DNA from: a virus
Reading direction: 5' to 3' (one strand)
IMG/VR virus record: IMGVR_UViG_3300023202_000034
Span: 8,965-72,964 of that record
DNA: 64,000 nucleotides
The position numbers were made by a program, and so were the translations under genes. Positions 47,524 through 56,662 of this stretch are shown here, piece after piece. The notes under the pieces are model-generated. The model worked only from the letters and a program-made list of their open reading frames with translations. It was not told the DNA's origin and searched no databases. How positions within the stretch are numbered: position 1 is the stretch's first letter; each line of letters begins with the position of its first letter.

Positions 47524-48345
47524 CTTTATCTTCGATGGGGAGCGTTAATCCCCACCCGTTCTCTTATGAACTGCTGCATGTTTCCATGCAGAAGAGACTA
47601 TATCATCACCCTATTTCTAGGGGCTGGGCGCTTCCACCAGACTTCTGGTGTACTTCCTCACGGAATAGTCGTTGAACCTTCTCTGCAAGTTCTACAGAGC
47701 TTGGCTGCTGATTGCCCTCGTCTTTCTCGTTAGGGGTTTCCAGCAATTCACCCAGTTCTTCCTCTATGAATTGCTTCATAGGGCGGCTTAAGCTGTATTC
47801 GCCTTTAGCTTGATCAAACTCAATAAGACCCATTTTGACCAACGACATAGACAGTGTTTCAAGCTGTGCATGTACGTTTCGGTGGTGGGCCATATTGTCA
47901 CAGAGGTACAGATTTGTTGGTCTGAAGTCCTCTTTGTCACCGTTTACATGATGTACCTTTTCCTGTTTGGTAACTAATCGACCAATAAGATCGCTCATTA
48001 CCAGACGATGGACAGGCATGTATCCATGGTTTGTGTTGGTTTTACCTACCCACACCATCGGGTAACCGTCTGAGTGCGTATAGATATTGCCAATGTTCTT
48101 GGGCTGTTGTTTGTACCCTTTATTCCAGGGTGTCTTTCCCAAGTTGGTCAGTTTGTTGCTACAACGGTAACAACGGTGAACGTCTTTTTTATAAGCGTTC
48201 CAGTAACTGACACGTTTTTCATCACCACAGTCATCACATATACGGGTAACTTGATCGCCGGCTCTATCTTTCAACATACTACTTTTCCTTTGTTTGTTGC
48301 TTGATAAATGAGCCTAGCATAGCTATCGACAAATAACAGAAGTTT
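47524..48345 (-). ncRNA. Group I intron (822 nt) in thyX, carrying an HNH ORF
   Basis: Exon ends CGG-U and intron ends G; core GTTCAACGACTA and ATGATATAGTCT; splicing restores ARQR-F-KH. Confidence 0.9.
47606..48277 (-). CDS. Intron-encoded zinc-finger HNH endonuclease
   Basis: CDDC..CYRC, VHRLVM..VHHVNGDKEDFRPTNL. Confidence 0.85.
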   Translation of the reverse strand: MLKDRAGDQVTRICDDCGDEKRVSYWNAYKKDVHRCYRCSNKLTNLGKTPWNKGYKQQPKNIGNIYTHSDGYPMVWVGKTNTNHGYMPVHRLVMSDLIGRLVTKQEKVHHVNGDKEDFRPTNLYLCDNMAHHRNVHAQLETLSMSLVKMGLIEFDQAKGEYSLSRPMKQFIEEELGELLETPNEKDEGNQQPSSVELAEKVQRLFREEVHQKSGGSAQPLEIG

Positions 48346-48664
48346 ACCGTTGCCTGGCTACAAAGATCGGGACGGTTTCCCGCATGGAGATCATGGCGTG
48401 AGAGAACGGTGTCCAATGAGTGGGCATGTTCTTGGCCCACTTGAGCGTGGCTTCAATTTCTTCACAGGCATACGGATTTTCTGTCTGGTCTTTAAGGCGA
48501 TCAATTGCATTGTCCCAATCGGACTTCATACATCCACGGGCCAGGAATTGAATTAAGCCATAATCCTTTTCAGTCAATTCTTTGGATACAGCGTTGAAGG
48601 AGACCCTTGCGGCGTTCGTGACTGTTAAATCCGACCCCATATGGTCTAAGTACTCAGCTAACAT
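48346..48664 (-). CDS. thyX: Flavin-dependent thymidylate synthase, exon 1 (spliced product 248 aa)
   Basis: DHMGSDL..NAARVSF, HWTPFSH, PIFVARQ. Confidence 0.9.
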
Positions 48665-49190
48665 AATACAATCCTCTTACTACTTTGTTGATAACAGTAC
48701 GGGATACTCCATACTGTTCAGTGAGTTGTTTGGTAAATCCTCTAGGTGCTCTCTTACCGTTTAGTGAGGCGTAGGCGGCTTTAATTTCCTGGACTTGCGC
48801 AAGAGATAATTTGGCGTTACGGGGTGTTATCCCTTGAGCAGCTCGGGCCTTTTGGGCTGCTTGCTTACGGGAAAGTGGACACTTATCCATCTGGTTTTGT
48901 GAACTACTTCCAAGAAGGATATTGTCCTTGCTGAAATCGAGAGTGTCCCCATTCCTGTGACGCACTTGTATATTTTCTACAAATGCAGCTTCACCATAAA
49001 ACTGGTATGCAGCAAACTGGTGTATAGGAATGCCATAAACCATCCCTCCCCAGTTAGTAGAGAACGTGGGGTACCGTTGTTTACCATGGCAACCAATTTT
49101 CAAAGGACCTTTTGGACCGATGAGTTGGTTCCCCTCTACACGATATCCTCGGGCTACAGCTTCTACGATGCGTTGTTGTGTTTTCGTCAT
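48654..49190 (-). CDS. Free-standing HNH homing endonuclease
   Basis: IHQFAAYQF..VRHRNGDTLDFSKDNI; C-terminal HTH; GGAG RBS. Confidence 0.85.
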   Translation of the reverse strand: MTKTQQRIVEAVARGYRVEGNQLIGPKGPLKIGCHGKQRYPTFSTNWGGMVYGIPIHQFAAYQFYGEAAFVENIQVRHRNGDTLDFSKDNILLGSSSQNQMDKCPLSRKQAAQKARAAQGITPRNAKLSLAQVQEIKAAYASLNGKRAPRGFTKQLTEQYGVSRTVINKVVRGLYYVS

Positions 49191-49241
49191 AATAAATCTC
49201 CAGAGTGTCGAAGCTATAATGCAGAGTTTACAACAACAAAG

Positions 49242-49310
49242 CTAAATTATTATGGCTGCGTTCACGGTTGTAAGGTCTGATCCCATATGATCGAGGTATT
49301 CAGCAAGCAT
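49242..49310 (-). pseudogene. thyX: Relict original 5' end of thyX (22 codons)
   Basis: MLAEYLDHMGSDLTTVNAAIII* matches the thyX N-terminus at 17 of the first 19 aa. Confidence 0.88.
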
Positions 49311-49416
49311 TGTGTATTACCTGTTTGGTTTGATTAGAGACTCCTGCATAAAAAACAGCAAGCCATTAAAGTAGGGGGTAACATAACCAGTATTGATTTT
49401 GGGTCGGAGACTATAT

Positions 49417-49776
49417 ATGACTACCCCTTTATTTGAAATATACCGTGGTGATGATTATGCCTTTCGGGTCATTATCAAGGATGAAACTGGTACGCCTGTT
49501 GATATAACAGGTTGGGAATTCATGGCAACCATGAAAATTGATTTCACCAAAGGTGATGAAGAAGCTCCGGTGAAAGTAAATATTGGTCCTATGTCAGGTA
49601 CAGGTGCTGAACAAGGTGTTTGTTTCCTAGTACTTCCGCATGAACAGACACAAAATCTTTTGGCACCATCGGTGTACTTCTTCGATCTGCAGCGTGTCTT
49701 CAATGGAATCGTGACCACCGTAATTAAAGGACGTGTACGTGTTCATGAAGACATCAGTCGGAGGACGGAAGCATGA
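49417..49776 (+). CDS. Tail-associated protein (BppU-like Ig fold)
   Basis: IYRGDD..PVDITG..YFFDLQ..IKGRVRV; GGAG RBS before ATG 49417. Confidence 0.6.
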   Translation: MTTPLFEIYRGDDYAFRVIIKDETGTPVDITGWEFMATMKIDFTKGDEEAPVKVNIGPMSGTGAEQGVCFLVLPHEQTQNLLAPSVYFFDLQRVFNGIVTTVIKGRVRVHEDISRRTEA

Positions 49777-50837
49777 GTACAGTTCAGGATATTGAAGTTC
49801 AATTCGCTGTCCCGGCTATGGATGTACAGACTGGTACCTACGGCAAGATCGTTCTGACCGCTGTACTGCAGACAGTCCCTGCAGAAACTGTGATCTATAA
49901 CGAGGAGCTGCGTCAGTACATTGAGAACATTAAGCTGGAGATTTCTGAATCTGTTGAGAAGATCACTCAGGATCTGTCGGTCGATGTAACTGGTCGATTA
50001 GGTTACCGTTTTACTGTGAACTCTCAGGCTGGCAGCTCCTATACCTTGACGCTGGAGGATGAAGGTACCTTGGTTCGGATGACTTCCAGTCAGGAAAACC
50101 AGGTGATTATTCCTGATGAAGCAACCGTTCCTTTTGAAGTGGGAACCATTGTAAATCTTCGTCGATCTGGGATAGGTGAGACTGTCGTTGTTCCTGCACC
50201 CGGCGTGGTAGTAAATACTCCTGATAGTACGATGAAGATCGACGACAAGAATCTGGGGGTAGGGCTGGTCAAAGTCGGTCCGGATGAGTGGGATCTGGTG
50301 AAGTCTTTCACCGGTGTACCCATGAGTGAGGTTACGCAACTTATCGATGATATCGAGGGTGCAATCACTGCACAGGATGAAGCGCAGACTGCCCTGGATG
50401 ACAGGGTTTCGGATATCAATGATACCCTGGCATCTACGATTGACACTGTGAATCAAACGCTGACTGAGTCTGTCAACAGTGCCATTGCCAAAGTGGAGAA
50501 AGCCATAGAGGACTTGGGTAACGTAGCAACACTTTCACAGTTTGGGAGTCTGAAAGACGATACCGGCTACCAAAGACTGCCTGGTGGGTTGATTTTGCAA
50601 TGGGGTAAGACCGCGTTACTCAATAAAGATGAAATGGTGACTGTCTTACTGCCAGTATCTTTTCCGAATAAAGCATTGAATGCACAAGCTACAACAAACA
50701 GTACGACTACCGATGACAATGATGCAATTGCTCGTGTGATCTCTTTTACTTCCACAAACATACGTGTACGTAACGAAGGGGCGAATAGAAAATCTTCGTC
50801 CTCAGCAGTAATTCACTGGTTTGCGGTAGGGTATTGA
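49773..50837 (+). CDS. Tail fibre protein
   Basis: SYTLTLEDEG domain, coiled coil, C-terminal GYQRLPGGLILQWG...HWFAVGY. Confidence 0.75.
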   Translation: MSTVQDIEVQFAVPAMDVQTGTYGKIVLTAVLQTVPAETVIYNEELRQYIENIKLEISESVEKITQDLSVDVTGRLGYRFTVNSQAGSSYTLTLEDEGTLVRMTSSQENQVIIPDEATVPFEVGTIVNLRRSGIGETVVVPAPGVVVNTPDSTMKIDDKNLGVGLVKVGPDEWDLVKSFTGVPMSEVTQLIDDIEGAITAQDEAQTALDDRVSDINDTLASTIDTVNQTLTESVNSAIAKVEKAIEDLGNVATLSQFGSLKDDTGYQRLPGGLILQWGKTALLNKDEMVTVLLPVSFPNKALNAQATTNSTTTDDNDAIARVISFTSTNIRVRNEGANRKSSSSAVIHWFAVGY

Positions 50838-50838
50838 T

Positions 50839-52530
50839 ATGGACCAAGTAACGAATCTTCAGTATTCCGTTACCGGCCCCAACGGTGTCCTGATTACCTG
50901 GGATGTGGTTACAGGTGCAACCGAATACCTGGTAGAAATCCGCCAAAATAACGAGGAGCTGTTTTCTCAGACCGTGACGGTACCGGAGGTACCCTATGAC
51001 CTAATCACCTTTGGTGAGTTGTACGAGGTCTTAGTGAAGGCGACAGACGGTACCGAAACCAGTGACCAGAAACGGTTGGTGGTGTATCTGGCTACTTCTT
51101 CCTGGCTTCCTCGTGTCACGGATCTGGCTTACACAGAACTGGGTACCCGAGATGGGTTTATTGTTACCTGGGGACCTTCTCAAGCAGCCACCAGTTATCG
51201 GCTGATTGCTGAGACCTATGGTGACAGCCCTGTGGTGGTCTATGACGGGGTAGCTACCAGTCCTTTCACCTTAAATGGTTTGGCAGAAGAAACCTTGTAC
51301 AGGGTGACGGTGATTCCGGTTAACGGGGCAGTGGAAGGTATTGCTGCAACGGTTGTTGGCTGGATTGCTCCTGTGGTGGATTCTTCGAGGAACAAGAAGA
51401 CCAGTCATTTGTTGTTCCCGGCAGAGGTGCAAGCAGACTACCGATTACTGTACCGACAGAATATCGAGAATATGCGTCCGCTTCGTGAAGACGAGAGATA
51501 CTGGCGATTTGTTGATCATTTTGATTTTATTGATGGACCTCCTGAAATTGGGGAGGTATACACCAAAGAGAACATTACTTGGAGGGTGGCTCTGAAAGGC
51601 GGGCCTTCAGGTGATAACTCGACTATTTACGTTACTAAGTTAGGTGAACGTGATAGTGAAAACGTGTCTCAAGACATTTACACACACACCGCTGCAATAG
51701 ATGCTGTCTCATTAGAATTTGACCAAAATGGGCGGTTGCTGATTTTATTTGAATCTCTCGGGGAGATTTTTCTTTATTGGTATGATCCATTAGAAGAGCA
51801 GACTGTTCTTAAATCTTTTGGATTTGGACGCACTCCTGTTGCTTGTACAGATAATTACTGGAGATTGGGAGGGTCAGCAGCTTCTGAACGGTTCATGTTC
51901 TTCGTGGAAGACCCCAGTCGCAAAATCGTAGCCTACCGTCAGTTGGATCGGTATGACGTGAAATACGTTATAAACCCTGAAGATTCTCGTGAGGTCCTGG
52001 AGTTGCTACAAGTCAGCAAAACCTTGGATGGCGGGTTAGCCGTTGTAGCAGCAGTACAAGAAGTTGATGGTTCCGTTGTGCAAGTTGTCTGGGTATCTCG
52101 TGAAAATGGTGCAAACTCTAAGCATGTTAACTCGGATCGAGATATTTGGAGTGCTGCTACGATGCAGCTATCTTCAGGGGCTGTCTCACAATTCTCAGTA
52201 TATGATGCGCGTAATGCGATACACCCTGTTAGAAGTACTGCAGGTTTGTCGTTCAATTCAGGTGTGTTTAATTTAATAGACTCTGTTGTAAATATTGGTA
52301 AGCCTGGAGGCAGCTACCAAGGTACCCATGAGAGTGCTGAAATGTTCTTCAATCAACCTGTCTTTACTTTGTATAATGTAAGTAAGAAAGCAAGCTTACT
52401 AAGTGCAGAGGAGCTGCAACTCAGTGCTGGACAAATTACTCTTTATACTGAATTTGTAGACATAAGCCTCAATGACTCGGCAGCCATGACATTTGAGTCA
52501 GGATCGCTTAACAACTTTTCAATTTCCTAA
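50839..52530 (+). CDS. Tail protein with two fibronectin type III domains
   Basis: ITWDVVTGATEYLV and VTWGPSQAATSYRL..GLAEETLYRVTV. Confidence 0.7.
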   Translation: MDQVTNLQYSVTGPNGVLITWDVVTGATEYLVEIRQNNEELFSQTVTVPEVPYDLITFGELYEVLVKATDGTETSDQKRLVVYLATSSWLPRVTDLAYTELGTRDGFIVTWGPSQAATSYRLIAETYGDSPVVVYDGVATSPFTLNGLAEETLYRVTVIPVNGAVEGIAATVVGWIAPVVDSSRNKKTSHLLFPAEVQADYRLLYRQNIENMRPLREDERYWRFVDHFDFIDGPPEIGEVYTKENITWRVALKGGPSGDNSTIYVTKLGERDSENVSQDIYTHTAAIDAVSLEFDQNGRLLILFESLGEIFLYWYDPLEEQTVLKSFGFGRTPVACTDNYWRLGGSAASERFMFFVEDPSRKIVAYRQLDRYDVKYVINPEDSREVLELLQVSKTLDGGLAVVAAVQEVDGSVVQVVWVSRENGANSKHVNSDRDIWSAATMQLSSGAVSQFSVYDARNAIHPVRSTAGLSFNSGVFNLIDSVVNIGKPGGSYQGTHESAEMFFNQPVFTLYNVSKKASLLSAEELQLSAGQITLYTEFVDISLNDSAAMTFESGSLNNFSIS

Positions 52531-52542
52531 AGGAATACGCAT

Positions 52543-53568
52543 ATGATGATAAATAACCCATTTAAGATGAATGGCCTTTACGGAATTACCGTAAAGGACA
52601 GAGAAGGCCAATTGGTTGCTGGAAAACAGCTAGGCATAACAAGTAATACGGTGACTTATAACGGGATTCTAGAATTCTTTTTTGGGCAGCGTATGGCGGG
52701 TGGCCTTGTGTGTAAAGTTGGTACAGGGAGTACAGAAACATCTGTTTTAAGTACTAACTTATCAAACGCCATAAACAGTTATTCTCCTACTACGTCTCCC
52801 ACGACTACTGAACGTACTACTTGTGAAGTAGACAATGGGGATGGCACCTCTACATTTACGTATGAATACGCTTTTGCTTTTAACCTTGGCCAAATTGTAG
52901 GTACGATCACTGAAGTTGGAGTAGTCGTCAGTGACAGAGCCTACTACCCGCTTCTTTGCGGTCAGCTTATTAAGGATGAGTTTGGTAATCCTACTTCAAT
53001 AACGTTGCTTGAAGAAGAACAGTTAATTGTTACCTATGTTATGGAGTTCACAGTACCTAATGCCCCAACAATTGTGGGCACCGGTACAGTTACTGATGCA
53101 AATGAAGCAGTGATTGGTTATACAGTCTGGGCACAACCTTATTTTATATATCCTAAAGGTACTTCGAATGGTTCCAATTATTTACTCAGAATACGCGATG
53201 GGTATAGGTCTGCTAGTTTTAGATATAACAGTTTTATCGGATCTGATGGTCAATGCTTTTACGTAAAACTCTTTCAAACTGTTAACGCTTCAAGGGAACT
53301 CGTATTAGATCCTACACGCGTTGTAATATCCCACGATAAGTTGACGGTTGCTCCAGGTGATTTTGCTTCTAACGACATTAAGTATATTGGTTTGTTTGGA
53401 GGTTCCAGATCTAACTCAGTTTCAGATTATCATGTTGATCTGGTAACTAGAGAGGTTGTACAACGCAACAATTCACACACTGCTTTTCTAGTTGAATTTG
53501 ATACTCCTATATCTAAATCCAGTGCAGAAGCACTTACTTACGATTTCTCTGTAGAGATGCCTCTGTAA
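52543..53568 (+). CDS. Virion/tail-tip structural protein
   Basis: Beta-rich; GTITEVG..LIKDEFGNPTSITLL..QLIVTY; lower GC. Confidence 0.6.
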   Translation: MMINNPFKMNGLYGITVKDREGQLVAGKQLGITSNTVTYNGILEFFFGQRMAGGLVCKVGTGSTETSVLSTNLSNAINSYSPTTSPTTTERTTCEVDNGDGTSTFTYEYAFAFNLGQIVGTITEVGVVVSDRAYYPLLCGQLIKDEFGNPTSITLLEEEQLIVTYVMEFTVPNAPTIVGTGTVTDANEAVIGYTVWAQPYFIYPKGTSNGSNYLLRIRDGYRSASFRYNSFIGSDGQCFYVKLFQTVNASRELVLDPTRVVISHDKLTVAPGDFASNDIKYIGLFGGSRSNSVSDYHVDLVTREVVQRNNSHTAFLVEFDTPISKSSAEALTYDFSVEMPL

Positions 53569-53576
53569 AGTGGGCA

Positions 53577-53888
53577 ATGCTTATGATTGATTTATCCATG
53601 TTTCAAGAAGTGGAATACCCCTTACCAGATATACCGGTAAGGGGTAAGCCTATTGTGGGGCAGGAAGTGTTAGGTATACTGAATAACAAGTACCAGTTTG
53701 CAGTCCCTCTAAATTTAGCACCTGCAAATGCCTGGGCAGTTTCCCCAAACAACGCACAAGCGGCTATATATACAACGCGTTTTAATGGGTTGATCTTCAA
53801 TGCCAAGTGGCAGAGTACTGCTTCTACATGTTTAACATACTGGCAATGGGGGCCTGGGCAATGGGCTCATGAGGTACCTGAAGAGTGA
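53577..53888 (+). CDS. Hypothetical tail-module protein
   Basis: 103-aa ORF in the operon. Confidence 0.55.
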   Translation: MLMIDLSMFQEVEYPLPDIPVRGKPIVGQEVLGILNNKYQFAVPLNLAPANAWAVSPNNAQAAIYTTRFNGLIFNAKWQSTASTCLTYWQWGPGQWAHEVPEE

Positions 53889-54112
53889 CTGTACAAATTA
53901 CCAATAATGCAACGACAGAGATAGGTAATCCTATAGACCGGGTTGCTATCTTTGATTGGATAACTTGTGAGTTAATTGCCTTGGTTTTCCCAGACAGTAA
54001 TGGGGATTGGTTTGTAAATATTTCTGCAGGTACTTATGGAATTACATATATTGCAGATTCACATGCTCCACAAACACATGGACCGTACATAATAGAGGAA
54101 CCAGCACCATGA
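53885..54112 (+). CDS. Small tail-module protein
   Basis: RVAIFDW..PDSNGDW..YGITY..HGPY. Confidence 0.6.
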   Translation: MTVQITNNATTEIGNPIDRVAIFDWITCELIALVFPDSNGDWFVNISAGTYGITYIADSHAPQTHGPYIIEEPAP

Positions 54113-54300
54113 TCGAATCCGTTGTAAATAACGCAGGAGAGCTTCTGCAAACCGCCTCTTATATCGTGGCAGCAGCTGCTTTGATTGCAGCCATGACCAA
54201 GAACGAATCCGATAACCGGTGGGTGGCACGTACCCGTAAAGTTCTGGATATCCTGGCTTTGAACATTGGTAATGCCAAGAACGAGAAGTCCAACAAATGA
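54109..54300 (+). CDS. Holin-like membrane protein
   Basis: IVAAAALIAAMTKNESDN..LDILALNIGNAKN; GAGG RBS. Confidence 0.6.
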   Translation: MIESVVNNAGELLQTASYIVAAAALIAAMTKNESDNRWVARTRKVLDILALNIGNAKNEKSNK

Positions 54301-54506
54301 AACAGACGCTCCTTGCACTCCTGTATCTGATCGCTTCCTGGTTTGAGCGGGCACGCAAGGAGAACCAATACACCGAGGATCAAGAGGAACGTAATGTATC
54401 TGAGAACGATCCTAACGCTTGGTTTGATGCTGAGTTTAATGCTGACGGTCGGGTGCACAAGCCTGGGCCAGATGCCACCGGAACCCAGCAAACCAACGTT
54501 GATTAG
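54297..54506 (+). CDS. i-spanin-like protein
   Basis: N-terminal hydrophobic anchor; overlapped by a lipoprotein gene in another frame. Confidence 0.5.
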   Translation: MKQTLLALLYLIASWFERARKENQYTEDQEERNVSENDPNAWFDAEFNADGRVHKPGPDATGTQQTNVD

Positions 54507-54597
54507 AACGGAGGTCCCCGGGCTTCTGTGTTATGACCAAGAGAACGCCAGCCGACTGGCTGCGTATATCCAAGCCCTCCAGCGAGGGTACCGGTAA
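54394..54597 (+). CDS. o-spanin-like lipoprotein
   Basis: MYLRTILTLGLMLSLMLTVG-C lipobox, Pro-rich, GAGG RBS. Confidence 0.65.
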   Translation: MYLRTILTLGLMLSLMLTVGCTSLGQMPPEPSKPTLIRTEVPGLLCYDQENASRLAAYIQALQRGYR

Positions 54598-54607
54598 GAC
54601 CGGACAT

Positions 54608-54633
54608 AGGGCCCCTACGATTGGGGCCCTTTC
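54608..54633. terminator. Terminator between convergent genes
   Basis: AGGGCCCC-TACGATT-GGGGCCCT. Confidence 0.6.
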
Positions 54634-54638
54634 TCGTT

Positions 54639-54938
54639 TCAGTGCAGTGCGTGCTGGTGGCCCAGTACAGACGAGACAACTTGATCAACGCGTTCTTGTA
54701 CAGCTTCCGGTGCACAGTACTCTTCCCATTCACGATCAGTAAACGGTTCGGCATCTTCGTCGGTCTTCATGTGAGTGATGGAGGTCTGACCAAAGTCTGT
54801 GTCACCGGCAATGAGGTGGTCGATCTGGAAGGTGGTGGTCATCATGGGACGTTCGTACTCGCCGTTCCATCCGCGCATTAAAAGAACTGTGGTACCATGG
54901 TGCTCAAGGGTACGGCACCACTCATGAGGATGTGACAT
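54639..54938 (-). CDS. Hypothetical protein
   Basis: 99 aa with AGGAG RBS. Confidence 0.65.
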   Translation of the reverse strand: MSHPHEWCRTLEHHGTTVLLMRGWNGEYERPMMTTTFQIDHLIAGDTDFGQTSITHMKTDEDAEPFTDREWEEYCAPEAVQERVDQVVSSVLGHQHALH

Positions 54939-54976
54939 AGGGGAATCTCCTGGTCAAATTTTCAGCAAAGAAAAGC

Positions 54977-55214
54977 GTGTATACCCACATGTATACCTGA
55001 GATGTTTTCGCATTCAAGTACATGAATTTTAACCGCGGTTAGGGTTCGCCCGCCGCTACCACTCAAGTGTAATCCAACCTCCTCAGACATAGCAAAAACC
55101 CACCAATACCTAGCTCTAGCGCCTAGATTCAGGTCCTCACACGTCATCAGACGTACTCGTATTAACACTGTTCAGTGTGTATACCCCGTTGTATACTCCG
55201 GTTCGGGTATACAC
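54977..55214. other. Putative attP with integrase arm-type sites
   Basis: TGTATAC(C/T) at 54978, 54990, 55178 and 55190, plus an inverted copy at 55205-55214, directly upstream of int. Confidence 0.7.
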
Positions 55215-55223
55215 GGAGGCACT

Positions 55224-56465
55224 ATGAAACGCTCACAGATTAAACGCCGGCCCTTGGCAGACAGCGTCCTGAACTCATTGGAGCCGGATACAAAGGACTA
55301 TCAAGAGAGGGACAGCGAGGGTCTGTACTTCCGGGTGAAAACCAATGGGGGTAAATCCTGGGTATTACGGTACAAGCGCCCGAACGGAAAATGGGCATGG
55401 AAAGGTTTGGGGGGATTTCCGGGAGTATCCGGACGACTGGCTCGGGAAAAAGCCAAGGAGTTGCTGACGCTGGTATCGAACGGTGAAGACCTGGCTCTGT
55501 TGGATAAAACAGAAGAGCCGAAGGTGATGTTCAAAGACGCCGCAGAAGAATGGTATGACCGGAAAGTAAAAGCCGGCAGAGTGAAGGGGAGTCTGAAACA
55601 GTATCGGCTGTACCTGGACAAAGACATTTACCCAGTGATCGGTACCAAGCCATTGGACGAAGTTACCCGGGCAGACTGTGCACGGATACAGTCCAACATG
55701 GAAGCCAGGGGCGCCCATGGTATTGCCAGTAAAGTACGGTTGTGGATCAATCAAATCTTTTCTCTGGCCATTGGTCAGGGCAAATGTGAACTCAATCCAG
55801 CCAGTGAACTGAGACACATTGCTGAGCAACGGCCACAGGAAAAACCTCATCCGCATTTGTTGGAACCAGAGTTACCTGAGTTCCTTAAAGCATTGAGACA
55901 GTCTCAGAGTAAACGTACTACTGTGATCATGACACGATTGGTTTTGCGTACAGCCTGTCGACCAGGTATGGCCCGATATGCAGAGTGGTCAGAAATTAAT
56001 CTGAGCAATGCCTTGTGGACCATACCGGCTGACAAGATGAAAATGCGACGGGATCACATCATTCCTCTGGCTTCCCAAACGATTGAGGAGCTGACTGAGC
56101 AACGACAGTATTCCGGAGCAAATCGCTACGTATTCCCTGGCTTCGGACCGAAAAACCCGACCATGAGTGAGAATACGATTAATAAATGCCTGCGACTTGT
56201 GGGTTACAAGAGCAAGCTGGTGGGTCACGGTTCCCGGCACACCGCCTCTACGTTATTGCGCGAACACGGTTGGCATCGGGACTTTGTCGAGATGCAGCTG
56301 GCCCATGTAGAGGGTGGTGTAGCCGGGGTATACAACCAGGCTCAGTACCTGGAACAGCGGAAACAGATGATGCAGTGGTATGCCGACTACCTGGACTACT
56401 TGGAGTTTGGAGGTACAGCACCTTCTGATCCTGGAACAGTTTTAGACATCAAAGCTTCGCTGTAG
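55224..56465 (+). CDS. int: Tyrosine integrase (P4-like, with arm-binding domain)
   Basis: GLYFRV..GGKSWVLRY N-domain; catalytic R (TACRPG), HGSR, LAH, Y (GVYNQA). Confidence 0.95.
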   Translation: MKRSQIKRRPLADSVLNSLEPDTKDYQERDSEGLYFRVKTNGGKSWVLRYKRPNGKWAWKGLGGFPGVSGRLAREKAKELLTLVSNGEDLALLDKTEEPKVMFKDAAEEWYDRKVKAGRVKGSLKQYRLYLDKDIYPVIGTKPLDEVTRADCARIQSNMEARGAHGIASKVRLWINQIFSLAIGQGKCELNPASELRHIAEQRPQEKPHPHLLEPELPEFLKALRQSQSKRTTVIMTRLVLRTACRPGMARYAEWSEINLSNALWTIPADKMKMRRDHIIPLASQTIEELTEQRQYSGANRYVFPGFGPKNPTMSENTINKCLRLVGYKSKLVGHGSRHTASTLLREHGWHRDFVEMQLAHVEGGVAGVYNQAQYLEQRKQMMQWYADYLDYLEFGGTAPSDPGTVLDIKASL

Positions 56466-56662
56466 GCGTAAATATCCGAGAGCCGAAAGTACACTCGGGA
56501 GAATTTATCTTCGCCCCGGGTGTGTCCTTTCGGACACTTCTCATCTTTTTTACGTAATCGATCAAACTCAGCGGGGGATACCCCCAGGATTTCTGCAGCT
56601 TGCTTGCGCTGAATCTGAACAAAGCGTGGATCAATCAAAGCAGGGTTGAGTTGTGAAGTCAT
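56396..56662 (-). CDS. Excisionase/AlpA-like HTH protein
   Basis: IQRKQAAEILGVSPAEFDRLRK..CPK..RVYFRLSDI; convergent on int. Confidence 0.75.
   Translation of the reverse strand: MTSQLNPALIDPRFVQIQRKQAAEILGVSPAEFDRLRKKDEKCPKGHTRGEDKFSRVYFRLSDIYAYSEALMSKTVPGSEGAVPPNSK

Noticed and set aside
48665-49253. Second intron in thyX joining the relic 5' end to the rest
   Set aside because: No intron core, and the downstream gene already has a complete N-terminus and RBS.
55042-55061. tRNA gene
   Set aside because: Only a 3'-end-like fragment; no cloverleaf. No complete tRNA was seen in the window.
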